A stretch of 64,000 bases of DNA, from NCBI GenBank assembly GCA_041489255.1, contig JBGPQV010000007.1, forward strand, positions 34,362-98,361, written 5' to 3'. Within the stretch, counting starts at the first letter, position 1, and each line of letters begins with the position of its first letter. Below are positions 30,601 to 39,390 of the stretch, piece by piece. The notes below the pieces were generated by a model, which was not told where the DNA came from, ran no database searches, and was given only the letters and a program-made list of their open reading frames with translations. Origin of the DNA: Thermoplasmata archaeon (lineage in GTDB: Archaea > Thermoplasmatota > Thermoplasmata > RBG-16-68-12 > JAFNFQ01). Position numbers and translations under genes: made by a program.

Positions 30601-32274
30601 CTGAAGCCCCTGCCCCCTGTCTCGATGTTCGAGGACGTGCCGATTACGGATGCTTTCCCCGACATCCTCCAGAACTACTTCGGCGACGCGGATGGGGATC
30701 CACTCACCTACAGCTTCGGCCACCCGCAACACATGACGATCAGCACATGGACCACGCCACCGAACTACATACACGTGAACATCACCTCGGAGCTCGACTG
30801 GTACGGCATTGAGTACCTCACCGCAAGAGCGACCGACCCCTCAGGCTGCTTCGCGGAGCAGACAGTGCGCGTCACCGTCGTCCCCGTGAACGACCCGCCC
30901 GTGCTCGATTGGCACGACGACATATACATCAAGCGCGACATGCCCTACAACCTCGACTTGACGGACTTCGTGAGCGACGTGGACAACCCGATGTCTGAGC
31001 TCACCCTGGACACGAACAACACAATCCTCGCGACTGTCGAGTTCTTCAACATCCACCTCCTCGCGACCTACCAGATAGGGCTGGTCACGTCACTGCACCT
31101 ATCCCTCTCGCTCACGGACGGACAGGCCACCGTCTGGTCCAACGTAACAGTGCGCATAGGGACTAACGAGCCGCCGATGCTCAGGCCGGGGACGAGCCTC
31201 CCTGACGTCACTTTCAACGAGGACACGCAGGCCGTCATGGTGTTCGACATGGACAGCTACTTCGCCGACGCTGACGGCCCGCAGCCGCTGACATACTCGG
31301 TCCTGACAGAGACGGTAATCGCCCAGGTCGACAACAGTTACAACTACGTGAACTTCAGCGCCCCGCCGAACTGGAACGGCCAGGAGGTCGTCCACGTCAG
31401 GGCGTCTGACGGGCTCGGCTTCGTGATCGGCAGGCTCACTGTCAGGGTCATCCCGGTGAACGACGCGCCTGTCATAGACCCGATGCCTGACTGGGACTTC
31501 GGAGACGGCGGCATCGTGGCGATCGACCTGAGGCAGTACGTGCATGACGTGGACAACAATATCACCGAGCTCAGGTTCAACACGAACACCCCGCACGCGA
31601 CGACGGTCGGGTACATCCTGATCCTCGATTACCAGGACGGCGCCGCGTCGGAGATTGTGGCGCTCACGGTGAACGACACGATGCTGAACGCGTCGAGGTC
31701 GTTCACGGTGACGACGAAGGGGACGTTGCCGGACAACCCTCCGCCGCTCTGGGCGCAGATACTCTGGCCGTGGTCTATCATCATCCTCGTGATCCTGGCG
31801 GCGATAGGCGCCGTGGCTTACAACAGGGTGCTCGACAGGCGCTACACCATGGAGGACGCCTTCCTCGTCGGCAAGGAGGGTCGGCTGATAATGCACACCA
31901 CCCGCCACCTGATGGCCGACAGGGACGAGGACATCCTGGCGGGGATGCTGACCGCGATCCAGATGTTCATCAAGGATTCGTTCAAGGAAGAGGGCGGGGA
32001 CCTGAGGAACTTCCAGTTCGGCGATAACCAAGTCCTGGTCGACAGAGGCGAGCGCTTCTACTTCGCAGCGATGTACTCAGGCGAACCGCCAGAGACCGCT
32101 GCGGACAGCATGACCGCCTTCACGGCTGACATCGAGGCATCCTTCGGACCGATTTTAGAACGCTGGTCGGGCGACGCGGACGAGTTGAAGGGGCTGAGGT
32201 CCCTCATGGACGCGTTCACGGCGCACCGCAGGTACAGGCAGGGCGATTTCAAGAAGTTCGTCAAGAAGGCCTAG
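27637..32274 (+). CDS. Giant single-pass surface protein: signal peptide, CBM-like and Ig/cadherin-like (PVND) repeats, TM, cytoplasmic longin/roadblock-like domain
   Basis: Repeats PVNDPP/DVD/NEPP; TM WPWSIIILVILAAIGAVAY; tail EDAFLVGKEGRLI..DEDILAGMLTAIQMFIKDSF. Confidence 0.85.
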   Translation: MRRDTERRWSGIAILLVLTLPGGFIGSFAPMAGGVPSVKNLETGNKTVSWNFTDPADYSFTNVTLAGRLDQTSDVLTQDATQDLVANGTWDNTNLTISGGSIASREFRKELVINGTFDASPPWRYANGTGGNLSAEWSAANRTASYVHSRGASAAVQFDEMDAVAGWTYSSTGTPSPLGGISLDNVYFKEPTASILLDVRFRGDPTGWAAARRLGLWDWSSYNMLSVWLNTTYIAPEVPLAFVNLVAGGSPCDSALAWMKPGWSRYYFDISGCSGLTAVTDVDFRFTNVTGNSWEQIWVDDVWLYHFDNITQSASISQDILKMNFTAPNPMTLLLSFDYKVDSAANLTDANLTAWINGALLSIPPIPANAPIGWTHASYDISVALTGKGLFNLSFIASLSLFTPYATSMKVEIDNTSVTVPDYHGGIYESVPFNLGHAVRFDNISFASSSHPDTNVTVEVRGGWSNQTDDGSWTPWEQHFNSSEILLNNSSASFLQYRVILNTTNASAAVSFDWIKFEFHRYVDGGSVQTVDWSPPETLIGWRRFGANYTVPPFTSVDFYISNDTGSIWYPVMPGDSLDTLGGNTISIKAEFETLNTTFTPELFELNVTYEFLGPLDKITVSPATWSGTADDQISFTAKANDQWGHLITLFTPIWTDDDPAGSVNPSGLYQAGTEGNWHVCASSLGIVDCANVTVTHGRLVRIDISPTSAFVMAKTTRLFSASGFDVFGNDVPLTDTSWTTDVGNFSSLTPANAIFMAIGVPGVGSVWAKHNSASGLLVARADVTVTASNTVVIQGLVPNQSKPEDSPPWQLNLTPYLPPGPSPDDLMWYLEDKNEALYTVLGERRFGQHVLTFYPKQDAFGDNDVTLWLEDRLGARDSQPLLVSLTPVNDPPVFYDVPRLQIKAGVSYVFDYSPYVYDVDTPKDMLILSTDDQTHTKTVGLTVNYTYDSSYAGQTVMVRLRISDGSSSSSTIQLIDIVGGDNACPHVLKPLPPVSMFEDVPITDAFPDILQNYFGDADGDPLTYSFGHPQHMTISTWTTPPNYIHVNITSELDWYGIEYLTARATDPSGCFAEQTVRVTVVPVNDPPVLDWHDDIYIKRDMPYNLDLTDFVSDVDNPMSELTLDTNNTILATVEFFNIHLLATYQIGLVTSLHLSLSLTDGQATVWSNVTVRIGTNEPPMLRPGTSLPDVTFNEDTQAVMVFDMDSYFADADGPQPLTYSVLTETVIAQVDNSYNYVNFSAPPNWNGQEVVHVRASDGLGFVIGRLTVRVIPVNDAPVIDPMPDWDFGDGGIVAIDLRQYVHDVDNNITELRFNTNTPHATTVGYILILDYQDGAASEIVALTVNDTMLNASRSFTVTTKGTLPDNPPPLWAQILWPWSIIILVILAAIGAVAYNRVLDRRYTMEDAFLVGKEGRLIMHTTRHLMADRDEDILAGMLTAIQMFIKDSFKEEGGDLRNFQFGDNQVLVDRGERFYFAAMYSGEPPETAADSMTAFTADIEASFGPILERWSGDADELKGLRSLMDAFTAHRRYRQGDFKKFVKKA

Positions 32275-33187
32275 GCGGCCCGGCAGAATCGCCATCGCCC
32301 TCCCGCTTCCTGTAGATCCTCCCGACGTACTTCCTGTAGTCGTGGTTCGGTCCCTTCCGCCAAGGCAGCTCGAACAGGCCGTTGATGTTCACGTACAATT
32401 CGGGCAAGAGCCAGAAGCAAAAGACCAGGAGCATGACGAGGACCAGCACCGCCAGCCCCTTCCCCCAGTACCCGTGCGCCAGCTCGAATTCGACGTGCTG
32501 CACGTCGAATGAATAGATCACCACGAAGTTCCTCACCAGGTTCATGAAGTAGGTCACCGGGATGACGACGGCGGCTGCCAGGAGCTTCCTCTTTGGCGGC
32601 TCCTTCACGCCGAGGATCATCGCGACCGCGATGGCGATGCCCTGGATTGCGGTGCACGCGAGGATGATGTGGACGACCGGCCTGCCGACGGAGTTGAGCA
32701 GGGGCGCGTAGATATCCTCCCCGTTGACGCGGTAGAATGGCGGGTTGCCCACGAGCGTGGCGGGTCCCGCGGTGTATGAGACGTTCGCGGCGCCGAGCAG
32801 GGCGGCCGTCTGCTGGGTCACCGCCTCGATGAGCCATGCGGAGAGCTGGGGGATCCTGTCCACGACGAAGTAGATTGTCGACGCGATGAAGGCGGCACCC
32901 GCCAGGAACCTCAGCGGCTCGTACTCATCGTTCCACTGGTACGAGAGTCGCTCGTGATATGCGAAGAAGAGGAAGGCGATGAACGCCCCGATGCTCCCGA
33001 GCACGTTCAGCAGGTCGAGGGAGAAAGCGTATGATGGGGCCTGGGCCAGCCAGAATATCGCGAAGATGGCCCATCCGGCCGCGCGGAACTGGTGACACCT
33101 CCTCTTCTTCCAGAGGAACCCTATTCCCAAGGCCACCAGCCCCGAGAACAGGAGAATGTCGTTGAGGATCCTGAGTTCGCCCGCCAT
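32261..33187 (-). CDS. artA: Archaeosortase (exosortase/archaeosortase family, ArtA-like)
   Basis: Multi-TM with ILACTAIQ (Cys), NLVRN (Arg) and FELAH (His). Confidence 0.8.
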   Translation of the reverse strand: MAGELRILNDILLFSGLVALGIGFLWKKRRCHQFRAAGWAIFAIFWLAQAPSYAFSLDLLNVLGSIGAFIAFLFFAYHERLSYQWNDEYEPLRFLAGAAFIASTIYFVVDRIPQLSAWLIEAVTQQTAALLGAANVSYTAGPATLVGNPPFYRVNGEDIYAPLLNSVGRPVVHIILACTAIQGIAIAVAMILGVKEPPKRKLLAAAVVIPVTYFMNLVRNFVVIYSFDVQHVEFELAHGYWGKGLAVLVLVMLLVFCFWLLPELYVNINGLFELPWRKGPNHDYRKYVGRIYRKREGDGDSAGPPRPS

Positions 33188-33254
33188 ATCTGCCGCATCG
33201 AAGATGCGGATGCTTTCTTAACCTTTGTTCAACCGCCGGGCGGGAATGCCCCGA

Positions 33255-33386
33255 TCAAGTAAGCACCAGATAGAATATGACTGCGAATCCGAACAGCATG
33301 AAGCCCGTGGAGACGATCCACAGCCACCACACCAGCCTCGCCCGCCTCGCGGGGTCGGAGTACCTCTCCATCATCCTATCGAGCAT
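33255..33386 (-). CDS. Small membrane protein (43 aa) translationally coupled to atpD, not in the ORF track
   Basis: MLDRMMERYSDPARRARLVWWLWIVSTGFMLFGFAVIFYLVLT; TGATG overlap with the atpD stop. Confidence 0.7.
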   Translation of the reverse strand: MLDRMMERYSDPARRARLVWWLWIVSTGFMLFGFAVIFYLVLT

Positions 33387-34006
33387 CACGCACCCTTGAA
33401 CCGCTTGAGGCGCAGGAAGTTGTCCCTCTCCATCTCCTCGAGCCTGAACCTGATGAACCTCTCGGTGTCCTGGAGGTCCGGGATGACGCGGTTCTCCAGC
33501 GCATTGACCCGCCTCTTCACCTTCTCTATCTCCTCGATCAGCCTGCGCATCGTCGTCTCTATCTCTGCGGCGCGGATGATGTCCTCCACGAGGTCCTCGT
33601 ACGCCTCCGCCGCCTCGTCGATCATCGGCGTCGTCTCGATGACGCCGTAGCCCCTCTGCGCAATCGTCTTCTTCACGCTCTTGGCCTCGATGCTGGGCAC
33701 GCTGATGCCCATGACGTTCCTCGTCCTCAGCTCGAGCGTCGGTGTCTCGAGCAGCGCGAGCGAGGCTGACTTGACGCCAGAGAGCCCTTCGACGGCGCTC
33801 GCCACCGCCATCCTCTCCTGCGCCAGCTTGTACTTGTCGACGATGTTCGACCTCACGCTCCTCGCCCTCTCCAGGACCTTGAAGAACTCGACTATGAGCG
33901 CGTCCCGCTTCAGCTTCAAGAGCCTGTGACCCCTCTCCGCGGTCGCCCTGGTCTTCCTGACGAGGATGAGCTGCGATCTCGTCGGCTTGTAGTCCTGTAT
34001 CACCAT
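33386..34006 (-). CDS. atpD: A/V-type ATP synthase subunit D
   Basis: KPTRSQL, RGHRLLKLKRDAL, KRRVNALE. Confidence 0.95.
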   Translation of the reverse strand: MVIQDYKPTRSQLILVRKTRATAERGHRLLKLKRDALIVEFFKVLERARSVRSNIVDKYKLAQERMAVASAVEGLSGVKSASLALLETPTLELRTRNVMGISVPSIEAKSVKKTIAQRGYGVIETTPMIDEAAEAYEDLVEDIIRAAEIETTMRRLIEEIEKVKRRVNALENRVIPDLQDTERFIRFRLEEMERDNFLRLKRFKGA

Positions 34007-34007
34007 C

Positions 34008-35396
34008 TCAGGCGGTCACCTTCTCCTTCGCGGCGGGGCTGTACTTCTCGAGGGTCTTCCGGTCGATCTTCGTGAGCCAGGCCATGTCCAGGGTCGAGAG
34101 CAGTTTCCACCCGAGCTCGAGCGACTCGACCACCTGCCTGTCCTCCTCCTTCCCCTGACGGATGAACTGCTGCTCGAACAGCTCGGCGAAATCGAGGAAG
34201 CGCCTGTCCCTCTCCGCCAGGGCCTCCTTCCCCACGATCGCCATGAGGCCGCGGACGTCCTTTCCCTCGGCGTATGCGGCGTAGAGCTGGCTCGAGACCT
34301 GCTTGTGGTCAGGCCTCGTCTTGTTCACGTCGACCCCCGGCTCCATGAGGCGGGAGAGCGATGGCAGAGGGTCGATCGGCGGGTAGATGCCCTTCCTGTG
34401 CAGGTCCCTCGAAATCGCGATCTGCCCCTCGGTGATGTAGCCCGTGAGGTCCGCTATCGGGTGCGTCCAATCATCATCCGGAATCGCCATTATCGGTATC
34501 TGTGTGATCGAGCCGCGCCTGCCCTTGATCCTGCCGGCCCTCTCGTAGATCGTCGCGAGGTCGGTGTACATGTACCCCGGGTACCCGCGGCGGCCCGGGA
34601 CCTCCTCCCTCGCCGCACCGATCTGTCTCAGCGCCTCTGCGTAGTTCGTCATGTCCGTCAGGATGACCAGGACGTGCATGTCGCATGTGAAAGCGAGGTA
34701 CTCCGCGGCGGTGAGGGCCATGCGCGGCGTGATGAGCCTCTCAACGGCGGGGTCGTCGGCGAGGTTGAGGAACAGCACTGCCCTCTTCAGCGCCCCGGTC
34801 CTCTCGAAGTCCGCCATGAAGGTCCCTGCTTCCTCGTGGGTGATGCCCATGGCGGCGAAGACGACCACGAACGGCTCGACGGCGTCCGGCACCTTCGCCT
34901 GGCGGGCAATCTGCAGCGCAATCTCGTTGTGAGGAAGGCCCGCTCCGGAGAACAGAGGAAGCTTCTGCCCTCTCACGAGCGCGTTCATCGCGTCGATCGT
35001 GGAGATGCCGGTCTGGATGAACTCGCTGGGGTTTGCCCTCGAATACGGGTTAATGGCGGCGCCGATTATCTCCCGCCTCTCCTCGGGAATCAGCGGCGGC
35101 CCGCCGTCGAGCGGCTCGCCTGAACCCGAGAGCACGCGGCCAAGCATGCTCTTTGTGACCGAGAGCTTGATGGTCTCCCCGCTGAACTTGACGCTCGCTG
35201 ACCTGTCGACTCCCGCCGTGCCCTCGAACAGCTGCACGACCACGATGTCCTTGGAGCTGTCGAGGACCTGCCCTCGCCTCTTCGAGCCATCAGAGAGGCT
35301 GACCTCGACCAGCTCGTTGTATCCGACCGCTTCGGTCTTCTCGACAAAGATCAGCGGGCCGGCGATCTCCGTGATGGTCCTGTATTCCCTTCCCAT
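34008..35396 (-). CDS. atpB: A/V-type ATP synthase subunit B
   Basis: [42 protein letters not shown]. Confidence 0.97.
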   Translation of the reverse strand: MGREYRTITEIAGPLIFVEKTEAVGYNELVEVSLSDGSKRRGQVLDSSKDIVVVQLFEGTAGVDRSASVKFSGETIKLSVTKSMLGRVLSGSGEPLDGGPPLIPEERREIIGAAINPYSRANPSEFIQTGISTIDAMNALVRGQKLPLFSGAGLPHNEIALQIARQAKVPDAVEPFVVVFAAMGITHEEAGTFMADFERTGALKRAVLFLNLADDPAVERLITPRMALTAAEYLAFTCDMHVLVILTDMTNYAEALRQIGAAREEVPGRRGYPGYMYTDLATIYERAGRIKGRRGSITQIPIMAIPDDDWTHPIADLTGYITEGQIAISRDLHRKGIYPPIDPLPSLSRLMEPGVDVNKTRPDHKQVSSQLYAAYAEGKDVRGLMAIVGKEALAERDRRFLDFAELFEQQFIRQGKEEDRQVVESLELGWKLLSTLDMAWLTKIDRKTLEKYSPAAKEKVTA

Positions 35397-37165
35397 CAGG
35401 CCACCTCCAGCTTCTTGAACTCCGCAGTCATCTGTTCGGTGACCTTTCCGATCACCTCGTCGAACTTCTCCTCGAACTTCACTCTCGATAGGCCCTCGCG
35501 ACTCTTCAGGGCGATGACCTCCCTCAGCGGCGTGCCCAGCTTGAGCACCTTGCGGGCGAGCGTGTCGAACTCCCTGATCGCCTCCATGAGCTTCACCTGT
35601 CTGTCGAGCGGGCAGAATGTGTCTACCGCGTGGAACGCGTTCTGCTGAAGGAAGTACTCGCGGATCATTCTGGCGGTTTCCAGAGTGAGCTGCTGGTCCT
35701 CGGGCAGCGCATCCGCCCCGACCAGCTTGACTATCTCATCGAGCTCAGCCTCTTCCTGAAGCGTCTTGCCCGCCCACCTCCTCAGCTCCGGCCACTTCGG
35801 GCTCGTATTCTGCCGGAACCACTCGTCGAGCATGTCCGCGTAGAGGCTGTAGGACGTCAACCAGTTGACCGAAGGGAAGTGCCTCCTCTCGCGCAGCTTC
35901 GTGTCGAGCGCCCAGAAGACCTTCACGATCCTGAGCGTGCCCTGCGTGACAGGTTCGGAGAAGTCGCCGCCGGAAGGGGACACCGCGCCGACCACCGAGA
36001 CCGACCCCTCCCGCCCGCTCAGGGAGGTCGCCCTGCCCGCCCTTTCGTAGAACTCCGACAGGCGCGCGGACAGGTACGCGGGGAAGCCCTCCTCGCCCGG
36101 CATCTCCTCCAATCTCGAGGAGATCTCCCTCATCGCCTCGGCCCAACGGCTCGTGCTGTCCGCCATGAGGGCGACGTGGTACCCCATGTCCCTGAAGTAC
36201 TCGGCGATCGTGATTCCCGTGTAGACCGAGGCTTCCCGAGCCGCCACGGGCATGTTGCTCGTATTCGCGATGAGGACGGTGCGCTCCATCAGCGGCCTGC
36301 CGGTCCTCGAGTCCTCCAGCTTGGGGAAGTCGGTGAGGACGTCGGTCATCTCGTTCCCCCTCTCCCCGCAACCGATGTACACGACGATCTGGGCGTCGCA
36401 CCACTTCGCGAGCTGATGCTCGCTCACCGTCTTCCCGGTGCCGAATCCGCCGGGGATGGCGGCGGTCCCGCCCTTTGCTATGGGGAACATGAAGTCGAAG
36501 ACGCGCTGGCCCGTGACCAGCGGCATGGCGGGCATCAGTTTCTCCTTCACTGGCCTCGAGACCCTGACGGGCCACCGTTGCTTCATCGTCAGATTCCGCC
36601 CGTCCTCCAGCTCCGCGATTGTCTCCGTGACGGTGAACTTACCGTCATCGATGCCCTTTATCTTCCCGCTCACGCCTGGCGGGACGAGAACGCGGTGCTC
36701 GACGTACATCGCTTCTTGGACCGTCCCGAGCACGCTGCCTGGCGAGACCGATGCCCCTTTCTTGACCGCGGGCATGAACTCCCACTTCTTCTTCTCGTCG
36801 ATGGCGGCGGCCTTCAGGCCTCTCTTCACAAAGTCGCCCATGGCGGACGCAAGGGACGGCAGCGGCCGCTGTATCCCGTCGTAGATGCTTCCCAAGAGCC
36901 CTGGTGCCAGGTCGACGAGCAGTGGCTGTCCCGTGTCGAATACGGGCTCACCAGGCCTGACGCCGCTCGTGTCCTCATAGACCTGGATGACTGACTTGTC
37001 GAGAGCGATCTTGATGACCTCTCCCATCAACTTCTCCTCGCCGACGTAGACGACGTCGTACATCCTCGGGCGGATGCCCGTGGCGGTCACGACCGGCCCA
37101 GCCACCCTGTAGATCTCGCCCTTCCCCTTGTACTCGATGTCGCTCTCTTCCTTTCTCACAGCCAT
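35396..37165 (-). CDS. atpA: A/V-type ATP synthase subunit A
   Basis: [29 protein letters not shown]; no intein. Confidence 0.97.
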   Translation of the reverse strand: MAVRKEESDIEYKGKGEIYRVAGPVVTATGIRPRMYDVVYVGEEKLMGEVIKIALDKSVIQVYEDTSGVRPGEPVFDTGQPLLVDLAPGLLGSIYDGIQRPLPSLASAMGDFVKRGLKAAAIDEKKKWEFMPAVKKGASVSPGSVLGTVQEAMYVEHRVLVPPGVSGKIKGIDDGKFTVTETIAELEDGRNLTMKQRWPVRVSRPVKEKLMPAMPLVTGQRVFDFMFPIAKGGTAAIPGGFGTGKTVSEHQLAKWCDAQIVVYIGCGERGNEMTDVLTDFPKLEDSRTGRPLMERTVLIANTSNMPVAAREASVYTGITIAEYFRDMGYHVALMADSTSRWAEAMREISSRLEEMPGEEGFPAYLSARLSEFYERAGRATSLSGREGSVSVVGAVSPSGGDFSEPVTQGTLRIVKVFWALDTKLRERRHFPSVNWLTSYSLYADMLDEWFRQNTSPKWPELRRWAGKTLQEEAELDEIVKLVGADALPEDQQLTLETARMIREYFLQQNAFHAVDTFCPLDRQVKLMEAIREFDTLARKVLKLGTPLREVIALKSREGLSRVKFEEKFDEVIGKVTEQMTAEFKKLEVA

Positions 37166-37174
37166 CTCGACACC

Positions 37175-37474
37175 TCAGGTCTTGTAGAGATCGATTCCAA
37201 TCGCGCGCTTGACCTTGATCCTCAGGTCTTCCTCTTCCCGCATCCCGACGGCGATCACGACGGGCTTGGGCATGCTCTCCAGCCGCCTCTTGGTCGCGAA
37301 TGAGAGCTTCTCCATGTCCTTCGTGTCCAGCACGAGTATTCCGACCGATTTGTCCTCCAGCACCTGGCTCACCTTCCCCTCCAGGTTGCCCGCATCCGCG
37401 ATGTGGGTCTTCCTGACCCCTGCGAGCCTGAAACCGATGACGAACAGCTCGCTCCCCACGACAGCGATCTCCAT
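37175..37474 (-). CDS. atpF: A/V-type ATP synthase subunit F
   Basis: IAVVG..FVIGFRLAGV..VKRAIGIDL. Confidence 0.93.
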   Translation of the reverse strand: MEIAVVGSELFVIGFRLAGVRKTHIADAGNLEGKVSQVLEDKSVGILVLDTKDMEKLSFATKRRLESMPKPVVIAVGMREEEDLRIKVKRAIGIDLYKT

Positions 37475-38583
37475 CAGATCACCAGCAGCTCCTTGATGAC
37501 GTCGGTGGTCAGCCCGCTCTGCTTGCCCCTCGCAATGATCCTGATGTTCTGCACCTCTCTCTGCTTCGAGACAATGTACTCGAGCACGGGGACGATTGTG
37601 AGCGGGTACAGATGGGCGTTCTCCGCTGCATGCACCATGTGAAACTTCTCGAGCCTTCTGGAGAGGTGGCTCACTCCGGCCTCTGGGAACGACTTCAGGT
37701 CCTCCGCGACCTCGTCGTAGAACGAATACTCCGAGAGGCGGCTGATCAAGGCGGTTTTCTCGAGTTCCAGCATGGCGTCAAGATCGTCCCTAGTCAGGTC
37801 CAGCCCCCCGTCGAGGAAGACCTCCCTGTCGAGCTTCACCTTCTGCGCCCAGAGCCTGAGCAGGGTCTTGAGGTTGAGGAAGTCTATCTCCTGCTGCACG
37901 AACCGCCTGAACAACTTGGACCCGAAAGTTGATGGCGGTATCGCATCAAGCAGTGTCTGATAGTACTCCTGGGATAGGGCGTCCTCGTATTCGGCCAAGT
38001 TCGCCAGCTCTGAGGGCTGCTTCCCGATTGAAGCCAGGGCTTTCTCAAACATCGTCCCCTCGAGCGCATGGAATACCATCCCGACGGAGTCCATCGCGGC
38101 GAGCTCGCTCAGGAATTCCCTCCCGAGGCTCCCCGCCGGCACCAGGTCGTCGATGATCTCGCTCGTCGAGGCCCCGTAGAGCTTCCCCCTGAGGATTGTC
38201 TTGACGTTCCTGACGTCCCAGCGGCCGAGGTACTTGCTGATCATGAACTTCAGGTGTCCCTCGGAGAAGCCGATGATCTGCGTGAAGACCCTCGCGAGGT
38301 TCTCGGCGGTTGCGGCCTCTATCAGGTCGACGCCGGACAGACGAGCGCCAAGATGCAGCAGCTCCTGCTTGTATTCGCCCTCCCCCAGCACGCGGGCGAT
38401 CTGCGGTATCTCCATCTGGAGCATCTTCGCGTACATCTCATCCGGGATGAGCAGCGCCCTCTTCGCCTTGAGACGGGCCGTGACGTAGGGGTAGTTCCCC
38501 GTTTCGATGGGAACCTTCTCGCGCACCCTCTTGTAGCCGCTGCGCACCGCCCTGGCGATCCTCGTGTCTATCGCGTCGGCCAT
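37474..38583 (-). CDS. atpC: A/V-type ATP synthase subunit C
   Basis: NYPYVTARLKA, NVKTILRGK, EVQNIRIIARGK. Confidence 0.93.
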   Translation of the reverse strand: MADAIDTRIARAVRSGYKRVREKVPIETGNYPYVTARLKAKRALLIPDEMYAKMLQMEIPQIARVLGEGEYKQELLHLGARLSGVDLIEAATAENLARVFTQIIGFSEGHLKFMISKYLGRWDVRNVKTILRGKLYGASTSEIIDDLVPAGSLGREFLSELAAMDSVGMVFHALEGTMFEKALASIGKQPSELANLAEYEDALSQEYYQTLLDAIPPSTFGSKLFRRFVQQEIDFLNLKTLLRLWAQKVKLDREVFLDGGLDLTRDDLDAMLELEKTALISRLSEYSFYDEVAEDLKSFPEAGVSHLSRRLEKFHMVHAAENAHLYPLTIVPVLEYIVSKQREVQNIRIIARGKQSGLTTDVIKELLVI

Positions 38584-39125
38584 AGTATGTCAGCGAGCTC
38601 CTTCACCGAATCTTCCCAGATGTCCTGCAGGATAGTCTCGAACCTCAGGTCGATCCTTATCGTCCCGTCGTCGCTCTCTATGACGATTCCTCCAGCGCAT
38701 CCAATCGTCCCGCCAAACTTGGATCCGACGACGTCCTTGACGGAATCCCGGTCTTCCGCATTGCAAAAGACCTTGCCGGACCTCCAGTCGGCTCTGTGGA
38801 TGTCCAAGAGTGTCTGCAGGATCGCCGCCTTCGTCCCCCTGTCGGCAAGCCTCCCGAGGACCTCAGCCCTCACGGAGTCCAATACCTCTTTCTGCGAACC
38901 GAGCACGACCTTCCTCGCTTCAAGCTCGGCGCGCGCGCTCTCCTGCAGTCGGAGCTTCTCCGCCGCCCTTCGAGCCTCCGCGATCATGTGGGAAATGTCC
39001 TGCTGGCCATTCTCCCTCGCAAGCTGCAGGGACTTCTCCATGTCTTTCTTGGCGGCGTCGATGACTGCGTCCGCCTCGGACCTCCCGCGGTCGAGGATTC
39101 TCTTAATGACTGCGTCTAGAGACAT
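38568..39125 (-). CDS. atpE: A/V-type ATP synthase subunit E
   Basis: MSLDAVI coiled coil; GGIVIES.DG.IRID..FE. Confidence 0.9.
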   Translation of the reverse strand: MSLDAVIKRILDRGRSEADAVIDAAKKDMEKSLQLARENGQQDISHMIAEARRAAEKLRLQESARAELEARKVVLGSQKEVLDSVRAEVLGRLADRGTKAAILQTLLDIHRADWRSGKVFCNAEDRDSVKDVVGSKFGGTIGCAGGIVIESDDGTIRIDLRFETILQDIWEDSVKELADILWPTR

Positions 39126-39155
39126 CGTCCATCCTTCCGAGAACAGCTGTGCTGT

Positions 39156-39386
39156 CTACGGAAGCTTCGTGACGAGCAGGAACGCGATGACGAGGCCGAA
39201 GATGATGATCGTCTCGGGGAGCACCATCATGGCAATCCCCTTGCCGAACAGCTCCGGCTTCTCCGCCATCGCGCCGACTGCGGCTCCTCCTACGACTTTC
39301 TCAGCCCATGCGGTCGCAAACCCAGTTCCCAGCATGGTCATCATGGCAGAAATCGCCACGATTCCCACGTCCGTTGTCACTACCAT
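39156..39386 (-). CDS. atpK: A/V-type ATP synthase proteolipid subunit K/c (single hairpin)
   Basis: GAMAEKPELFGKG..LPETIIIFGLVIA. Confidence 0.92.
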   Translation of the reverse strand: MVVTTDVGIVAISAMMTMLGTGFATAWAEKVVGGAAVGAMAEKPELFGKGIAMMVLPETIIIFGLVIAFLLVTKLP

Positions 39387-39390
39387 TTCT

